This document shows, in pieces, positions 12,540 to 26,281 of a stretch of DNA of 64,000 bases. Source of the stretch: Octopus vulgaris (taxonomy: Eukaryota); assembly GCA_951406725.2 (NCBI GenBank), contig OX597822.1, positions 36,580,001 through 36,644,000 of the forward strand. The letters are read 5' to 3'. Under the pieces are notes generated by a model, which was not told the DNA's origin, did no database searches, and worked only from the letters and a program-made list of their open reading frames with translations. Made by a program: the position numbers and the translations under genes. The number at the start of each line of letters is the position of its first letter. Within the stretch, counting starts at the first letter, position 1.

Positions 12540-12840
12540 TAATTAGTCAACAGATACCATTTACTATTTGATAAGTGTCTAATGAGGATAATAGAGGTCT
12601 TGCTGTGCCTATCATCACTTTTGAAAAAAACCATGTCTGTGGAGCATTGAATGTAACAAAATCTATGTTGGTTTTCAGGCAGGATTCTTTCTGTTAATTG
12701 TACAATAGGAAGCAGTGTTTGGTCAAATGCTTCCTCCATGAAATTCAGTAAGATTCTGTAGTTGTTCCAATCCCAATTGTCTCCTTCAATTTTTGAAAAA
12801 AGTGCACATGTTAGCATCCTGTCAATGATCACCATTGGTT
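12540..12840 (-). mobile_element. Degraded RTE-type LINE reverse transcriptase fragment
   Basis: LFSKIEGDNWDWNNYRILL and ERILPENQHRF...STDMVF resemble KKGDxxxCxNYRGISLL and ILPESQxGFR..STxDMVF. Confidence 0.6.
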
Positions 12841-13922
12841 TTTGGTAGATTTGAATGTTGGAGTGTGTTTTATATTAGCATGCTGGTTACCTACAGCATC
12901 TTTGTAATCATATCATTACAGATTGTTCATTTTTCTTGAGATACATGTTTTCTTCCAAATTCTTGTAGCATTGGAAGATACTGCACACTGACTGATTTAG
13001 CTAAGACAGCAACCTGCTGAATATCAAATGCTCAAACCACCACCACTACTTTCTCCAGTTATTCATTTGAAAGGATTGGATGCACAACAAATCCACTTTC
13101 ACCTTGGATTCTAGCCTTCTCTTTGTCACTGGTTTATAAACCAACCAGATTAGATTTGGATTTGTCTGTTTAATAGAGAGGATACCACACTGCTATTTAT
13201 ACCTAGCCTCCTTAAATTTTAAATGTTAGTAGGTACTGGTACAAAAATCCAGTTACAAACCTATCATGGAAACAAGCAGACTGATCAAAAGTTTTATTAT
13301 AGACAGCAGTCACTAAATACCCAACTGTTACCTTCACTTTAGAAAAATTGCTCTTCAACTGTCTTAAGTTACTGGAAATGAGGAAAACCTTTTAAGTTCT
13401 GTTGATGCAAGGCATTTGTCTTTATTGTGCAAATGAAGATATAGTTCCACCTTTGTTTTTTGTTTTACTGTATAAAAGGGTAGAATGTGTACTGCAGCAA
13501 AGTAACTTTGGAATTCTGCTTTTAAAATAAGGGGAATAGCATCATTGGAAGCAGATAATTCCAAGAGACTGGGTTGATAATGAACATGACCTTATACATC
13601 CATTCCATGAGGATGTATTCATTATTGGTCCTGTTCAGGAGATCCACCATAATCACCGAGAGAGATTCTCATCTCAATATCAGCTACTATAAACTGTCTT
13701 GGTAATATATTGTTTTGTATTTGTAAACTGCATTTATATTAAGGAATTAGGAGAAATACTTGTGTTCTGCACGAATAAGCTGGTCAAGCTTGCTTGGATT
13801 TCCCTGTCTCACTCACAGCACCACCCATCATGTTTCCTCACAGCATTTGTGAGATCAGCAGGGCAATGTCCCATGTCTGTAAAAAACTGGTTGAATGAAG
13901 ATTTTTGCTGGATGACCACCCA

Positions 13923-13964
<42 letters not shown>

Positions 13965-14319
13965 ATGTCAAAGTGTCTGTAAGAGTGTTTCACTTATGAG
14001 TTATTGCTTAGATCTCCAGCAATGCCCTATGAAACACATATATCTCTCTCTCTTTCACTTTAATGACATTAGTAACTGCAAGATTACCATACAGATTCTG
14101 GTTGGACTCTTTTTCCATGAGTTCAAAATGTCTAACACACAAGTTTAAGTGCCTAGTTTTTCTTAAATGTCTAAGTGATGGACTTCTATAGGGTGGTTAC
14201 TAGAAAAGCAGAAAATTTGTGAAATGTCAATATTTTCACAAGATCTATTTGAGGTAAACAACAATAGTCACAAAGCATGATATACTAACACTCAAAAATG
14301 TTCAAAATGTTTTCTGTGC

Positions 14320-14640
14320 ACTTCTTGACTGTGTTTTAATCAAGAAATCCAAGCTCGTGTGGCATTTTGAATTGTAACTTGAGGAATGTCATTCCAAGCT
14401 ATTATCAAGCACGTTTTCAATTCATCAATGATGGTTATATGGCATCTATATTTCTGTATCTCTGCTAATAAGCTTCAGACACAGTAATCCATCACATTTA
14501 AGTCTGGACTCTCTGAAGGCCAATCTGCAGGTGCAGTAAAGTCAGGGGTAGATTGGTGGAGAAACTGAACTGTAGCCCTGGATTTGTGAGGCTTTGCACC
14601 ATCCTGCCACTATGTCCATGACACTTTTTATATCATTGAA
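14320..14640 (-). mobile_element. Tc1-like transposase C-terminal relic
   Basis: Minus translation WQDGAKPHKSRATVQFL...DWPSESPDLNVMDYCV. Confidence 0.8.
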
Positions 14641-14690
14641 CATTTGTGGGCACATTCCCTCACAGTAAACTTGTTAGTTTACAGTTATCT

Positions 14691-14903
14691 TGGGCTAAAC
14701 ATAGAGGGGGACAAACAAGGATAGACAAAGGGATTAAGTCAATTACATCAACCCCAGTGTGTACCTGGTACTTATTTAATTGACCCCAAAAAGATGAAAG
14801 GTAAAATTGACCTCAGTGAAATTTGAACTCAGAATGTAACGGCAGATGAAATACTGATAAGCATTTCGCCTGGCATGCTAATGTTTCTGCCAGCTCACCA
14901 CCC
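14691..14903 (-). mobile_element. SINE family M (tail truncated)
   Basis: Same head and centre as 318-551. Confidence 0.85.
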
Positions 14904-15869
14904 TCAAGCCACGATGGCTTGAGATTAGTTTACATCTTATAATGTTAATTATGTATTGGTTTATATGAATTTGACTGAAGAAAAACCCTTTTCCTCTATC
15001 ACCCTCCCTAAGTAAGTAATATTGATTAGTAATAGTTCCAAGAAGAAAGCAGAATCTCATTCACATTCTAAAACCCAGAACTGAAGTAGAACAATTTAAA
15101 TCTTCAGTCTCATGTTCCCCTAACAATCCTATTGTAACTCACTTTGAATGGCCTTATTTGTAGAAATATATTTACTGTCATTAAAACGAGAATATTTGGC
15201 TGAACTGTACTGAACAAATAATGTTATTTAATGATTAGAGAAAAATACATCACAAATTAAAAAGTAGTTCAGAATATTTTTATACAATTTTACGCATTAC
15301 TTTTACATGTCTCCTTAATACCAAGTACTTTTATCTTCAGACATGTCAGGGTTTATTAAACACGTTCAACACTTCAGTTGTTGCTCAGCCTACTGAAAAT
15401 TGCTGTGAAAACTCTTAGAAATCATAGTCTTAAATAAAGGCAATTGTGAACAGATTAGTTTTTGATGTACAAATGATGGTATTTTTATGCCTAGAATACC
15501 TTTTATTATTGTATTGAGTACAACAGACCTGAGACTACACGACAACATTAAAGATTAGTTTGAGCCAATATGGGAAGGCTTCTGTGCAGGTACATGACCT
15601 ACTAAATGTAGAAACCAACTTTTCCTCAAATCACTTCCTACAGTCATTAAGTAGGAATGGTTGGAAGCTGAAAAAAGCCCATTATGCATGTGTCCTTGAC
15701 CCGACATTACATGGTGATTGTAAATGATAGGATGAAAATCCGGCTGTACAAAATATGCCTCAACAAATTCCATCTGATCCATGCAAGCATAGAAAAGTGA
15801 GTGATAAAATTATGGTGATGATATATGTATGTACGCATGCATGCATGTAAGATCATTGTCATGGTTTGG

Positions 15870-16250
15870 ATTTGTCCTCTCCAATATAACATCACATCAC
15901 ATGTTCCTTTTCATCTCCTTTGAGACATGGAGCATACCGAGATCTGCTTTCACCACCTCTACCCATGTCTTTCTTTTCCTTTGTTTTCTTTCACATAGAT
16001 GTTCAAGCACTTTATCACCCATCTGTTATCATCCATATGCATTACATGTCCATATCAGTGCAGTTATCTCTTTTGTACATTACCTTTGATTCTTTGTATA
16101 ACTAGTTTTTCTATCAGCTCATCTGTGCTTCATCATTCATGCATTACTAACATTACACATTCGGTGGAGTTTGCTTGCATTATTTCTTTCCAGTCTTTGC
16201 ACACCTTTTGCACTTTGTGCTCACATCTCACTGCTGTGCAGCATCACAGT
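15870..16250 (-). mobile_element. Degraded RTE LINE ORF C-terminal fragment
   Basis: Minus translation RKTWVEVVKADLGML, similar to the RTE C-terminus at ~18860. Confidence 0.5.
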
Positions 16251-16694
16251 TTACTCTTTTACTTGTTTCAATCATTTGACTGTGGCCATGCTGGAGCACC
16301 GCCTTTAGTCGAGCAAATTGACCACAGGGCTTATTTTTTTGTAAGCCTAGTACTTATTCTATTGGTCTCTTTTACCGAACCACTAAGTTAGGGGGGCGTA
16401 AACACACCAGCATTGGTTGTCAAGTGATGTTGGGGGGGACAAACACACAAACTATATATATATATATATAGTCCAACCCATGCTAGCATGGAAAACGGAT
16501 GCTAAACAATGATGATGATATATATATACACCCATATATACGATGGGCTTCTTTCAGTTTCCGTCTATCAAATCCACTCACAAGGCTTTGGTTGGCCTGA
16601 GAAGACACTTGCCCAAGGTGTCACGCAGTGGGACTGAACTCAGAACCATGTGGTTCGTAAGCAAGCTACTTACCACACAACCACTCCTACACCT
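16251..16694 (-). mobile_element. tRNA-derived CORE-type SINE, family C, with a nested RTE tail
   Basis: Head GGAGTGGTTGTGTGGTAAG, CORE-like ACCTTGGGCAAGTGTCTT, central microsatellite, tail ...GAAACAAGTAAAAGAGTAA; a ~50-bp RTE tail sits in the TA tract at ~16471-16518. Confidence 0.85.
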
Positions 16695-17124
16695 TGTTTA
16701 TAAGCATTGTATAATCTACTCTTTACTTGATAGCAGAGGTAAAAACTTGCTGAACTTTTTACACCTAATTTGTATTCTGACCTCTATGCTTTTAGAGTGT
16801 CCACTTTTGTTGCTGATCTACTATCAGCTACTTCTATAGAGCATTCCAAACATTGGAAGGAATTTATGTCACACCCCACTCACCCTGTCTAACCTGCTGT
16901 ACCATTTCACTTATATTCACCTCTCAAAGTTGAAGATATGTCTTGACACGTTTTCACCTCCAACTTTTTTCTCTCTCTCTCTTTCCCAACTGGGATAGCC
17001 ATGTCTCTTCTCTACAACAAAACACCTGTTTCAGTCTCTCTGTCATACTTTATCACTTGACACAAAGCCACCTCCCTCAATACTACTCCACATCTCAGTT
17101 GAGGAGTCTTTGTCTTGGAAGGTA

Positions 17125-17330
17125 TGTGGTGATCTTGCTGATGCTGGTACTATGTAAAAAGCACCCGGTACATTCTGTAAAGTGGCTGGTGTTAGAACAA
17201 GCATCTGGCTGTAGAAACCATGCCAAAGTAGACAGTAGAGCATAACACAATCCTCCCACTCACCAGCTCCTATTGCACTGTCCAACCCATGCTAGCATGG
17301 AAAGCAGATATTAAATAGTAATGATGACTG
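17125..17330 (+). mobile_element. RTE LINE 3' end fragment
   Basis: GTAAAAAGCACC...GTCCAACCCATGCTAGCATGGAAAG...ATGATGA. Confidence 0.7.
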
Positions 17331-17339
17331 CTAACTCCT

Positions 17340-17960
17340 CCCTTGCAACTGCTACGTACAAAGTCTTTATCAACCTGCCTTTGATTTCGTCAAACTTCTT
17401 GGGCATCTCTAGCTTTGAGTACACATTATGGAATATCTACATACTTTTTTTCTACACAGCCATTTCCTGATGACAGCTGAGTCTTGTCTTCATTTCTACT
17501 GACTGAAACTTTAGTCTTTGCTAAGTTTACTTTGAATCCTCTCAATTCTGTTTTGTTTCCATAACTGGGATTTTTTTCTACATCCTCCAGTTTCCACTAC
17601 CAGTACTAGGGCATCAACATATAAAGAGTTCCCACTGACTGCCAGTCTTAAACTCCTCTGTAATAGCTATAGAGAACTATAATAAATTGGAGGGGCTTAG
17701 GATTAAACCTTGATGTACACCAATGTGCTACATGCTAAATTCCTCAGGGAACTTATTGCCAACTCTCAATTTACTGATTGCATCTCTGTACATGGCTTGT
17801 ACTGCTCTCACAAGCCAGTCATCTACTAGTTTTATTTCAAACCACAAAACTACCTGTCAAAGGTCTTCTCCAGATCATCAATTGCTAAGTAGAGAGACTT
17901 AATTTTAGCTAAAATCTTCTCTTGCAATTATTGCACAAGAAAGATGGTATCAGCTCCTCT
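17340..17960 (-). mobile_element. Degraded RTE LINE reverse transcriptase fragment
   Basis: Minus translation GVHQGLILSP...AITEEFKTGSQWELLYVDA (consensus GVHQGSVLSP...WELLYADD). Confidence 0.75.
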
Positions 17961-18718
17961 TAGGTGATCTTTTTCTATGGAACTCTAGCTACTCAAACAC
18001 CATTCTCTAATTTCTTCAAACTCAAAATGTCAACAATATCTCTCTGAATTTGATGTAGAGTTCTAGTTTGTAGAAAAATTGTAAAAGCCACTGGTGTAAT
18101 CTGACCATATATTTTTTCAAATATCATTCAAAGTTGAGAGTTTCACTTCATCTTATGACTCAGCCATGCTATCCTCAGCATCCATTATGCCGAACTTCTT
18201 CCAGAAGTGGTGGTGGAGGTTGATATATATTTAATGGGGTATTCATATGTAAACAGTTCCCTATAAGAACAAATTGTATAAAGAAAGGTTTTTCTGAAGA
18301 GCATCAAACTTACAAAACAAACTGAAATTTGATCAACAAACCTCAAACAAGCATATACATGTATAAGTGACTGGGAGTCCATTTACTTCAGGAGTACATT
18401 ATGCATGCATATCAATACTAAGAGATGATATACAAACAGTATACTAAATCAACAAATTGTATAGCAAACAGGTTTTCTGAAGAAGATCATTTTCAGTCAA
18501 CAAGCTGAAATTTGAACACCAATCTATGACTAGACCACCCACACATATAATTGACCAGGAGAGTCTGTATTAATAGGTTGTTAAATTTCATGTATGTATT
18601 TCATGTAGCTTGCAAATTTTCATATTTTATATAGAAAACAATATTTTTCATACTTTTGCTAAAAATGGACTAACTATAACCATGAATTGACAGAACCAAG
18701 ACAAAAGGAAAAATGTGT

Positions 18719-18771
<53 letters not shown>

Positions 18772-18814
18772 TTTTCTTTGTTATTGATAGATGGACAAAT
18801 GAAACATAATTTCA

Positions 18815-19353
18815 TGCCTTTATGTGGCATTTGGGTGGCGGGAACCTGGGGAAAAGGTAGACCCAGGAAGACATGGGATGAGGTGTTGAGGCACTACCTT
18901 AGAATGTTGGGCCTCACAGAGGCAATGACAAGTGACAGAGACCTTTGGAGATATGCCAAGTGAGATGATAGTCATGGCGGATGCCAGTGTCACATAACTG
19001 GCCCGTTTAAAAGCACCCTTCAATTGTTGAGCAATATGCCATGCTTGTGAAGACCTGTTGAACTCAGTGAAATTGTAGTCATGGCTGATGCCTGTGCTGC
19101 CTGACTGGCACCCATGCTGGTGGCATGTAAAAAGCACCATTTGAGCATGGCTGATACCATTGCTGCCTGACTGGCATCTGTGCCGGTGGTAGGTAAACGC
19201 ACCCACTGCACTCTCTAGTGGTTGGCGTTAGAAACGATATCCAGCTGTAGAAATCTTGCCAAATCAGATTGGAGCCTGGTGCAGCCTCCTGGCTTGCCAG
19301 TTCTCAGTCAAACCATCCAACTCATGCCAGTATGGAAAGTGGATGTGAAATGA
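18815..19353 (+). mobile_element. RTE LINE 3' end (ORF C-terminus, 3' UTR and (GAT)n tail)
   Basis: GKGRPRKTWDEVLRHYLRMLGLTEAMTSDRDLWRYA is a typical RTE ORF C-terminus; modular 3' UTR; TGATGATGATGAT tail. Confidence 0.88.
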
Positions 19354-19369
19354 TGATGATGATATATAG

Positions 19370-19797
19370 GTGCAGGCATGGCTGTATGTTTAAGAAGCTT
19401 GCTCCCAACCATGTGATCTCAGGTTCAGTCCCACTTGGCAAGTGTCTTCTACTTTAGCCCCAGACAAACCAAAGCCTTGTGAGTGGATTTGATAGATGTA
19501 AACAGAAAGATATCCATTGTGTGTGTATATATATATATATAATATATATATGTGTGTTTTTGTGTGTATCCTTGTCTTCGCATCATTTGATGGCTGTAAA
19601 CTAGCATCACCATACAAGTGATGCTGTTCATTTCCAGTCATCTATGAAAGATATGTGATTGTAAGAAAATATTACCTTGCTTGGAAACAGATGAAGGTTG
19701 GTAACAAGAAGACCATCTCGCCATAGGATATCTACCTCAATAAATTCCATCTGACCCATTCAAGCATAGGAAAGTGAACATCGAAGGATGATGATTA
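19370..19797 (+). mobile_element. Composite SINE: family C head and CORE with an RTE-like tail
   Basis: GCAGGCATGGCTG...GGTTCAGTCCC...TTGGCAAGTGTCTT, microsatellite, then a different tail ending GACCCATTCAAGCATAGGAAAGTGAACATCGAAGGATGATGAT; similar tails at ~15700-15822, 28380-28445, 32560-32790. Confidence 0.65.
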
Positions 19798-20356
19798 TGT
19801 ATGTGTGTGTTTGTGTGTGTATATATTCATAATGTATATGTATCGTGATGATAGTTTTCAAATTGTTAGCTATACTTTGATTTTAGCTAAAATGTATTTT
19901 GGCCAAGAAGAAAGTATAGTTCCCTAAAGAATGAAATTACAGGCCATGACCTGAAATAAGTGCTCATACTTTACAGTTTCTGTCAATGTGAAATTCTTTA
20001 GCCTGAGGTAGCCATAATGTAAATGGATGTCTGTATATATACATTGTATTAAAAATCTTAATTGTATACAAGCTACATCAAGCTTACAAAATGTTCTTTA
20101 TAGATTATATGTATGATATGAATTTACCAAAGAATATGTAATTTCAAATTGCTGAAGGACCTAATAATGACTCCATAAGTATACTTATACACAAACACAC
20201 ACACACACATATATAGTACTGAGTTAGTGTCTGGAAAGGCATCCAGCTATAAGACAGTGCCTCAAATATCATATTCATCCAGCCCATGCAAGAATGGAAA
20301 TATACATATAAAATGAATGAAAGAAATGAATATGTGTGTGTGTGTGTGTGTATGTA

Positions 20357-21633
20357 TGAGGCTGAGTAAAATGTAAGCAATGTTTTGAAACGCGAAATTC
20401 ATCATAATATATTTCAACAATGCGGAAATTTTATTCATCAAAGTAAGTACCATTACAATCAACACAATTTTTGCCAACAAGTTACAAGTTTGTATATTCT
20501 GGTAACATAAAAATCTAGAGTTCTGGAGCTGATGAAGTCTTTGAACGCACTTTCAGCATTGGTTTGATTTTTGAATTCCTTTCACAGGAAGCCATCAAGG
20601 TGCTTGGAAAAGTGGTAGTCGGTAGGAGAAAGGTTTGGGGAATAAGCTGGGTAGGGGAAAACTTCATAACCAAGTTCCCTCAACTTTTCTGGAGCATCAT
20701 TCGAGAAACATGTGGTCGAGCATTGTCATAAAAAATGATTGGCCCTCTTCTGTTGACCACTCTGTGATGGAGGAGTAACAGTTTTTCATTCATTTTGGCA
20801 ATTTCATGGCAATATGTGTCTGCAGTAATGGTTTTTCCAGGTTTTAAGAAGTTGTAGTGGATGAATCCAGCAGTATACTGCCAAACAGTCACCATAATCT
20901 TCTTTTTGGAAAGCTTGGGTTTAGGGAAGGTTTCCGGTGATTCATTTTGTCCAACCACTGCAAAGAACGTTTTATATTATTGTACAGAATCCACTTTTCA
21001 TCGCAAGTTACAATACAGTCAAGAAATGGATCGGTCTCGTTACGGAGAAGTAGTGACAAGCAAACTTCACATCTGCACATTTTTTGATTTTCATTGAAAT
21101 CGTGTGATACCCATTTGTCAAGCTTTTTTGATTTTCTGATCACATGCAAATGGTTGCAGGCAGTTTTCTAGCCAACTTTAAGTTCTTTTGCCAGTTCTCA
21201 AGTGGTTTTATGTGGATCTTTTTCAATGATGGTCTTTAATTGACTGTCATTGATGACAGATGGGCATCCACTATGCTCACAATCTTCAAGGTTCAGCTCT
21301 CCACTGCAAAGCATTTAAACCATTTCCAAACTGACCATTCACTGGTCATTTCCTTACCAAATATTTCATTGATGTTGTGAGCAGTTTCAGCTGCTTTACG
21401 TCCTTTTTTGAAGTTAAATAGCAAATTTGCTTGAATATTGCGCCTTGACAGTTCCATTTCAAATGATTGTGACAAAGGTGAAAAAAATATCAATGTTAAT
21501 TTATTGAAGCATTTGGGCAAATCTATGTCTTTATTATCAGACAATTGCAAAAAAATGTTTAAGAAAATTCAAAACTCTGCAAAAATCCAGTACTTTCTTC
21601 ATGGTTCAAAATGTTGCTTACTTTTTACTCAAC

Positions 21634-21637
<4 letters not shown>
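20357..21637 (-). mobile_element. Full-length mariner element (DD34D), pseudogenised transposase
   Basis: About 34-bp TIRs TGAGGCTGAGTAAAATGTAAGCAATGTTTTGAA / TTCAAAATGTTGCTTACTTTTTACTCAACCTGA with TA TSDs; 1281 bp; motifs WVSHDF (WVPHEL), TCDEKW, DNARPH, YSPNLSPTDYH spread over several frames. Confidence 0.93.
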
Positions 21638-21664
<27 letters not shown>

Positions 21665-21665
21665 C

Positions 21666-21697
<32 letters not shown>

Positions 21698-21709
21698 CAT
21701 ATATACATA

Positions 21710-22571
21710 CAAGGGTTGGACAAAATAATGGAATCACCTAGTATCATAGCATCATAATTTTGAAATATCTATAAAACCAAAATTACTGCAGAGCTTAATG
21801 ACCACCTTGAGAACCCAGTTTCCACAAAAACTCTTTGCTGGGAGCTGCACCAAGCTGGATTTCACAGGAGGACTACAATCAGAAAACCACTACTTACAAA
21901 AACAAACATTGCAAAGCATTTAGAGTGGAGTAAAAACCTACAGAATTGGTCCTTTACCTTATTTCCGACCACCAGCCAAGTGTACGTGTGGAGACAGTCA
22001 AAAGAAGCATTTGATCCAGACTACCTTCTTCCAACTGTTAAACATGTAGGAGGATCTGTGATGATCTGGTGTGCTATATCTTGGAAATCTGCCAGCCCAA
22101 TAGTTTCCATTCATTGCAGAATAAATAGTGAAGACTATTTAAGCATTTTATCTGATCAAATTAATCCTATGGTTGCAGAACTGTTTCTGAAGGGAAACAC
22201 ATCCTTTCAGGATGATAATGCACCAATTCACACAGCTAAAGTTGTTACTGAATGACACGAGGAACATTCTAGTGAAGTTGAACATCTTATCTGGCCACCA
22301 CAGTCCCCAGATCTCAATGTTATTCAACATTTATGGTGCATTTTAGAAAAACAAATAAGGAGTCAATGTCCTCCACCATCATCACTACAAGAACTAGAGA
22401 CTGTTTTAGCTGAAGAATGGACAAAAATACCTTTGGAAACAATTCAAACTTTGTACAAGACCATACCTCATAGAATTCAAGCTGTAATGACTGCCAAAGG
22501 TGGTCTTACCCCATATTAAAATAAATTTGTTTGAAATTTTAAGGTGTTTCCATTATTTTGTCCAACCCCTG
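21710..22571 (+). mobile_element. Internally deleted Tc1 element
   Basis: 30-bp TIRs CAAGGGTTGGACAAAATAATGGAATCACCT / AGGTGTTTCCATTATTTTGTCCAACCCCTG; motifs TVKHVGGSVMIW, FQDDNAPIH, WPPQSPDLNVIQHLW. Confidence 0.92.
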
Positions 22572-22606
22572 CATATGTGTGTATCATCATCATATATGTG
22601 TGTATA

Positions 22607-22644
<38 letters not shown>

Positions 22645-22648
<4 letters not shown>

Positions 22649-23000
22649 CCGAACATGGCCGATGCCAGTACCCCGTGACTCGCTCCTGTGCTGGTGGCAC
22701 GTAAGAAGCACCCACTATACTCTTAGAATGGTTGGCGTTAGGAAGGGCATCCAGCTGTAGAAACATTGCCAGATCAGATTGGAGCTGCTGGCCCTCCAGA
22801 CCTCAGTCAAACCATCCAACCCATGCCTGCATGGAAAGTGGATGTTAAATGATGATGATGATGATGAATGTCCATGTTCTGTTTTGGCATGGGTTGGACA
22901 GTTTGACAGGATTCAATATGTTCAAGGACTGCATCATGCACCAATGTCTACTTTGGTATTGTTTCTGCAACTGGATGCTCTTCCTAATGCCAATTACTAT
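22645..23000. mobile_element. Two RTE 3' ends tail-to-tail (+ 22645-22866; - about 22867-23000)
   Basis: The + copy ends in (GAT)n; it is followed directly by the reverse-complement tail GGCATGGGTTGGACAGTTTGAC...CTGGATGCTCTTCCTAATGCCAA. Confidence 0.8.
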
Positions 23001-23159
23001 ATAGTATGTATGTACTGAGTAATTTTTTTAGGATGGTAACCACAAAAATTGAAGGAAATATTCATAATAGACCCAATATTGATACATGAAATATCAATGT
23101 TATAGCATAAGGTTTCACTGACAGTGGTCAAGGATAATCCAATTCTTTGTTGGGGGAAG

Positions 23160-23800
23160 ATTCCTACTTACAAGTGGAAGCAAACAACCTGAGTTTAATC
23201 AGAAACTAACAACAAACATTGAAGGCGGAACTTTACAGCAGCTTTGCTGATCATTTAAATAATGTTGTGTAATATGCACCAAAGGCTGCTTAGGCTGGGC
23301 ATCCATTTTTTCTTCTATCTTCATTTCAAGAATCTCCACAAACATGCGAGAATGTTATCACAATGCAATGGCCATAGTATGTCAACATGGAACACCTGAT
23401 ATTTTCATTACAATGACATGTAATCTAAACTAGTCTGAAATTAGGGATAAGTTATTTCATAAGCAAAATCCCTCAGCTAGACCAGATCTAATAGCAAGGT
23501 GTTTCAAGCTGATTCTAAAGCAACTTCTGGATGATGACACAAAGTGGTACATTTTCAGTAGACTTGTAGCTCATTTGTACATCACTGAGTTTCAGAAAAG
23601 GGGGTTGCCACCTGCCCGTATCTTAATAATATTACATTGAGATGATAAGTTCAAAAACTTCTTGCAAATAGATGTTGTTGTTTGTGCTAAAATTCCTGAC
23701 ATAGAAACACTCTTCGTGTTATAGAAAAATGCATGTGGTGAAGAAAACCTGAGAGCTTGTTATATGGAAAATGAACACTGTCGAATGAAGTTTCTGAAAG
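23160..23800 (+). mobile_element. Degraded Helitron Rep (HUH endonuclease) domain
   Basis: Remnants NAMAIVCQHGTPDIFITMTCN, RPDLIAR, EFQKRGLPPARILI (consensus EFQKRGLPHxHIL). Confidence 0.85.
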
Positions 23801-24637
23801 AAGTTCTTCATGAAACAAAGATAAATAACTATGGTTTTCCGTGTTGCAGTTGACATCAAGGTACAGCAGTGCAAGTTAGTAATGGTGCAGCTGATAATAA
23901 CTTTCTTTATTGGCCACACAGGGCTGGACACAATGGGGACAATTACAATGTAGAGTTTTTCTTTTCGAGGTGGGCAAAAACAAAGTGAAAAAAAAAAAAA
24001 ATAGGGACAACAATCAAAAGGGATTGGAATCGTAAGGGATATATGCAAAAAAATTGAAATAATACAAAAAGTTCCCAAGAAATGGGGAGGTTTATCTGTG
24101 GAAAGAAAAACCTACGAAAAGACCACAGTAACCTCGGGCAATAATGTCGCATATGAACATATTTATTTACAAATAAGTAACTCTGTTTTTAAAAAAAAAA
24201 TTTTCCGGTTTATAGGAAAATGCTCAAGGTGGCTTTGTCATTCATACGTGCCATCCTTGCTACATTTATTCATCTTTTTCTGAAACATTTGCTAGACAAA
24301 ACTTGCCTCTCTACCCTCACCTTCCTTTTCAAGTGATACTTGAAAAAGTTGAGAGATTGACCAGCTTATAATAGCTATGTAGTTCCCTGTATCAAGTACT
24401 GATGTTGTAAATTCAGTACTCATGTAAATGTGAAAATATGCTTGAAAAGTGAAGTTGTACATGTAGTGAAAAGAAGCATTGGAAAGAGCTGGCATCCTTT
24501 GTTGGTAATATCCCTGCATGATCTATACATTCATGGAAAGGTATTAAATGGAAGTAAGAAAAGAGAGGAGGCGTTTGTCCTTAAGAGGAGTATGTCACTA
24601 TGTGATACAAATGTTCCTTTTGTGCTGAACAGTTGAC

Positions 24638-25100
24638 AGGCGCAGGAGTGGTTGTGTGGTAAGTAGCTTGCTTACCAACCACATGGTTCCGGGTTCAGTC
24701 CCACTGCATAACACCATGGGCAAGTGTCTTCTACTATATCCTTGGGCCGACCAAAAGCTTGTGAGTGGATTTGGTAGATGGAAACTGAAAGAAGCTCGTC
24801 ATATATATATGTGTGTGTGTCTGTTTAGCGCCCCCAACATTGCTTGACAACCGATGCTGGTGTGTTTATGTGTGTGTATGTATATATATATGTGTGTTTG
24901 TGCTTGTCCCTCACCATCGCTTGACAACTGATGTTGGTGTGTTCATGTCCCCGTAACTTAGCGGTTCAGCAAAAGAGATCGATAAAATAAGTACTAGGCT
25001 TACAAAGAATAAGTCCTGGGGTCGATTTGCTCGATCGACTAAAGGTGATGCTCCAGCATGGCCACAGTCAAATGACTGAAATAAGTAAAAGAGTAAAGAG
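24638..25100 (+). mobile_element. CORE-type SINE family C, full length
   Basis: AGGCGCAGGAGTGGTTGTGTGGTAAG box A, GGTTCAGTCCC box B, CORE-like GGGCAAGTGTCTT, tail AGTAAAAGAGTAAAGAG; short internal duplication at ~24835-24940. Confidence 0.9.
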
Positions 25101-25110
25101 TTTCTTATAA

Positions 25111-25215
25111 TATCTGCATTTGCCATGGCCACTACCAAGTCACAAGGCCAGTCATTTAATCAAGTTGTCTTTTTTACTGTATTTAGTTATGGGCAGCTTT
25201 ATGTTGTTTTCAGCA
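25111..25215 (+). mobile_element. Helitron helicase C-terminal relic (probably the same element as 23160-23800)
   Basis: AFAMATTKSQGQSFNQV...VFSYGQLYVVFS. Confidence 0.75.
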
Positions 25216-25978
25216 CAAGAAATTGGAATAATCTTAATTACTCATAAATAACGATGGAAAATAGGGAAATCTTTATGGAAATCACAAATGTTTTGAAAAT
25301 AAAAGTGTAAGATTTTTGCAAATGCAGTATTATCATTTTAAATTAAATTTTTTAATTATCATAAGACCATTAAATGAAACAGTAAAAAAATGTTATCAGT
25401 AGAAAAGCTGTTGCTATTGATAGCACAAGTGACAATATACTTTTATGTATCATGATGAATGGTTATTTTTGGCAGTCAGATGATGCTGGCTCATGTAAGA
25501 ATTATCAAAACTATGATTTGTATGTACAAAGTCTTTAGATAATAAATTAATCAATAGTTCCTCCCATTGTTTTGATGTGCCATTTTCTATCATTAATGAA
25601 ACTATTGGCATTTTTGACAACACAGGTATACTAGTATGAAATTTAATTGTAAATGTATCAAATGATTCAAAAGTTGGAGTTGAGAAAGTGCTTCTTGCTT
25701 TCTTAATTCTTTTACAGTCATGAAAAATAACAGAAAATGCTAATAAAAATATCACGCAATTTTTTCTAATCAAATATTTTTTCATAAAGATTTTCATCAT
25801 TATTGTTTTGTATGCTAAAAAAAAAAAGTATTTTAATTAGTACTTGACATAATCACTTTAAACTCTAACAGCAGCACTTATTTCTTTTCTACCTGAGACT
25901 CATTTTCTTCATTTATTTCTTCAAATACCATTTTTTAATATATATTTTTTAACTTTATGCTTAAACACTTATTTATTC

Positions 25979-26193
25979 TAACCCTTTAGCACTCAGGTTA
26001 CTGTCTAATGCAATGCTTATTTATTCACATTGTTTTGAATTAATTAATTTTTATAGCTTCAAAATTTTGATGATGTGATTGCTTAATCCTGGAAAGACAT
26101 AGCAAGATAGGTGTGAGAGGCCTGATCTGGCCACTTTGAACATAAAACAAAATACTTAGTCAGATACGGCTGGTTTAAGTGCTAAAGGGTTAA
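25979..26193. mobile_element. piggyBac-like MITE family P1
   Basis: TAACCCTTTAGCACT ... AGTGCTAAAGGGTTAA. Confidence 0.8.
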
Positions 26194-26281
26194 AGTGTAC
26201 TCTAAAAAAAAAATTGGTTAGAAAGCATTGTTCTACAGGGAACAACTCGCATGAATTTGCATTTGGTTTCATGCATGTTAG

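Noticed and set aside
24638-24720. tRNA genes
   Set aside because: Box A/B sequences are SINE heads continuing into SINE bodies; no complete cloverleaf
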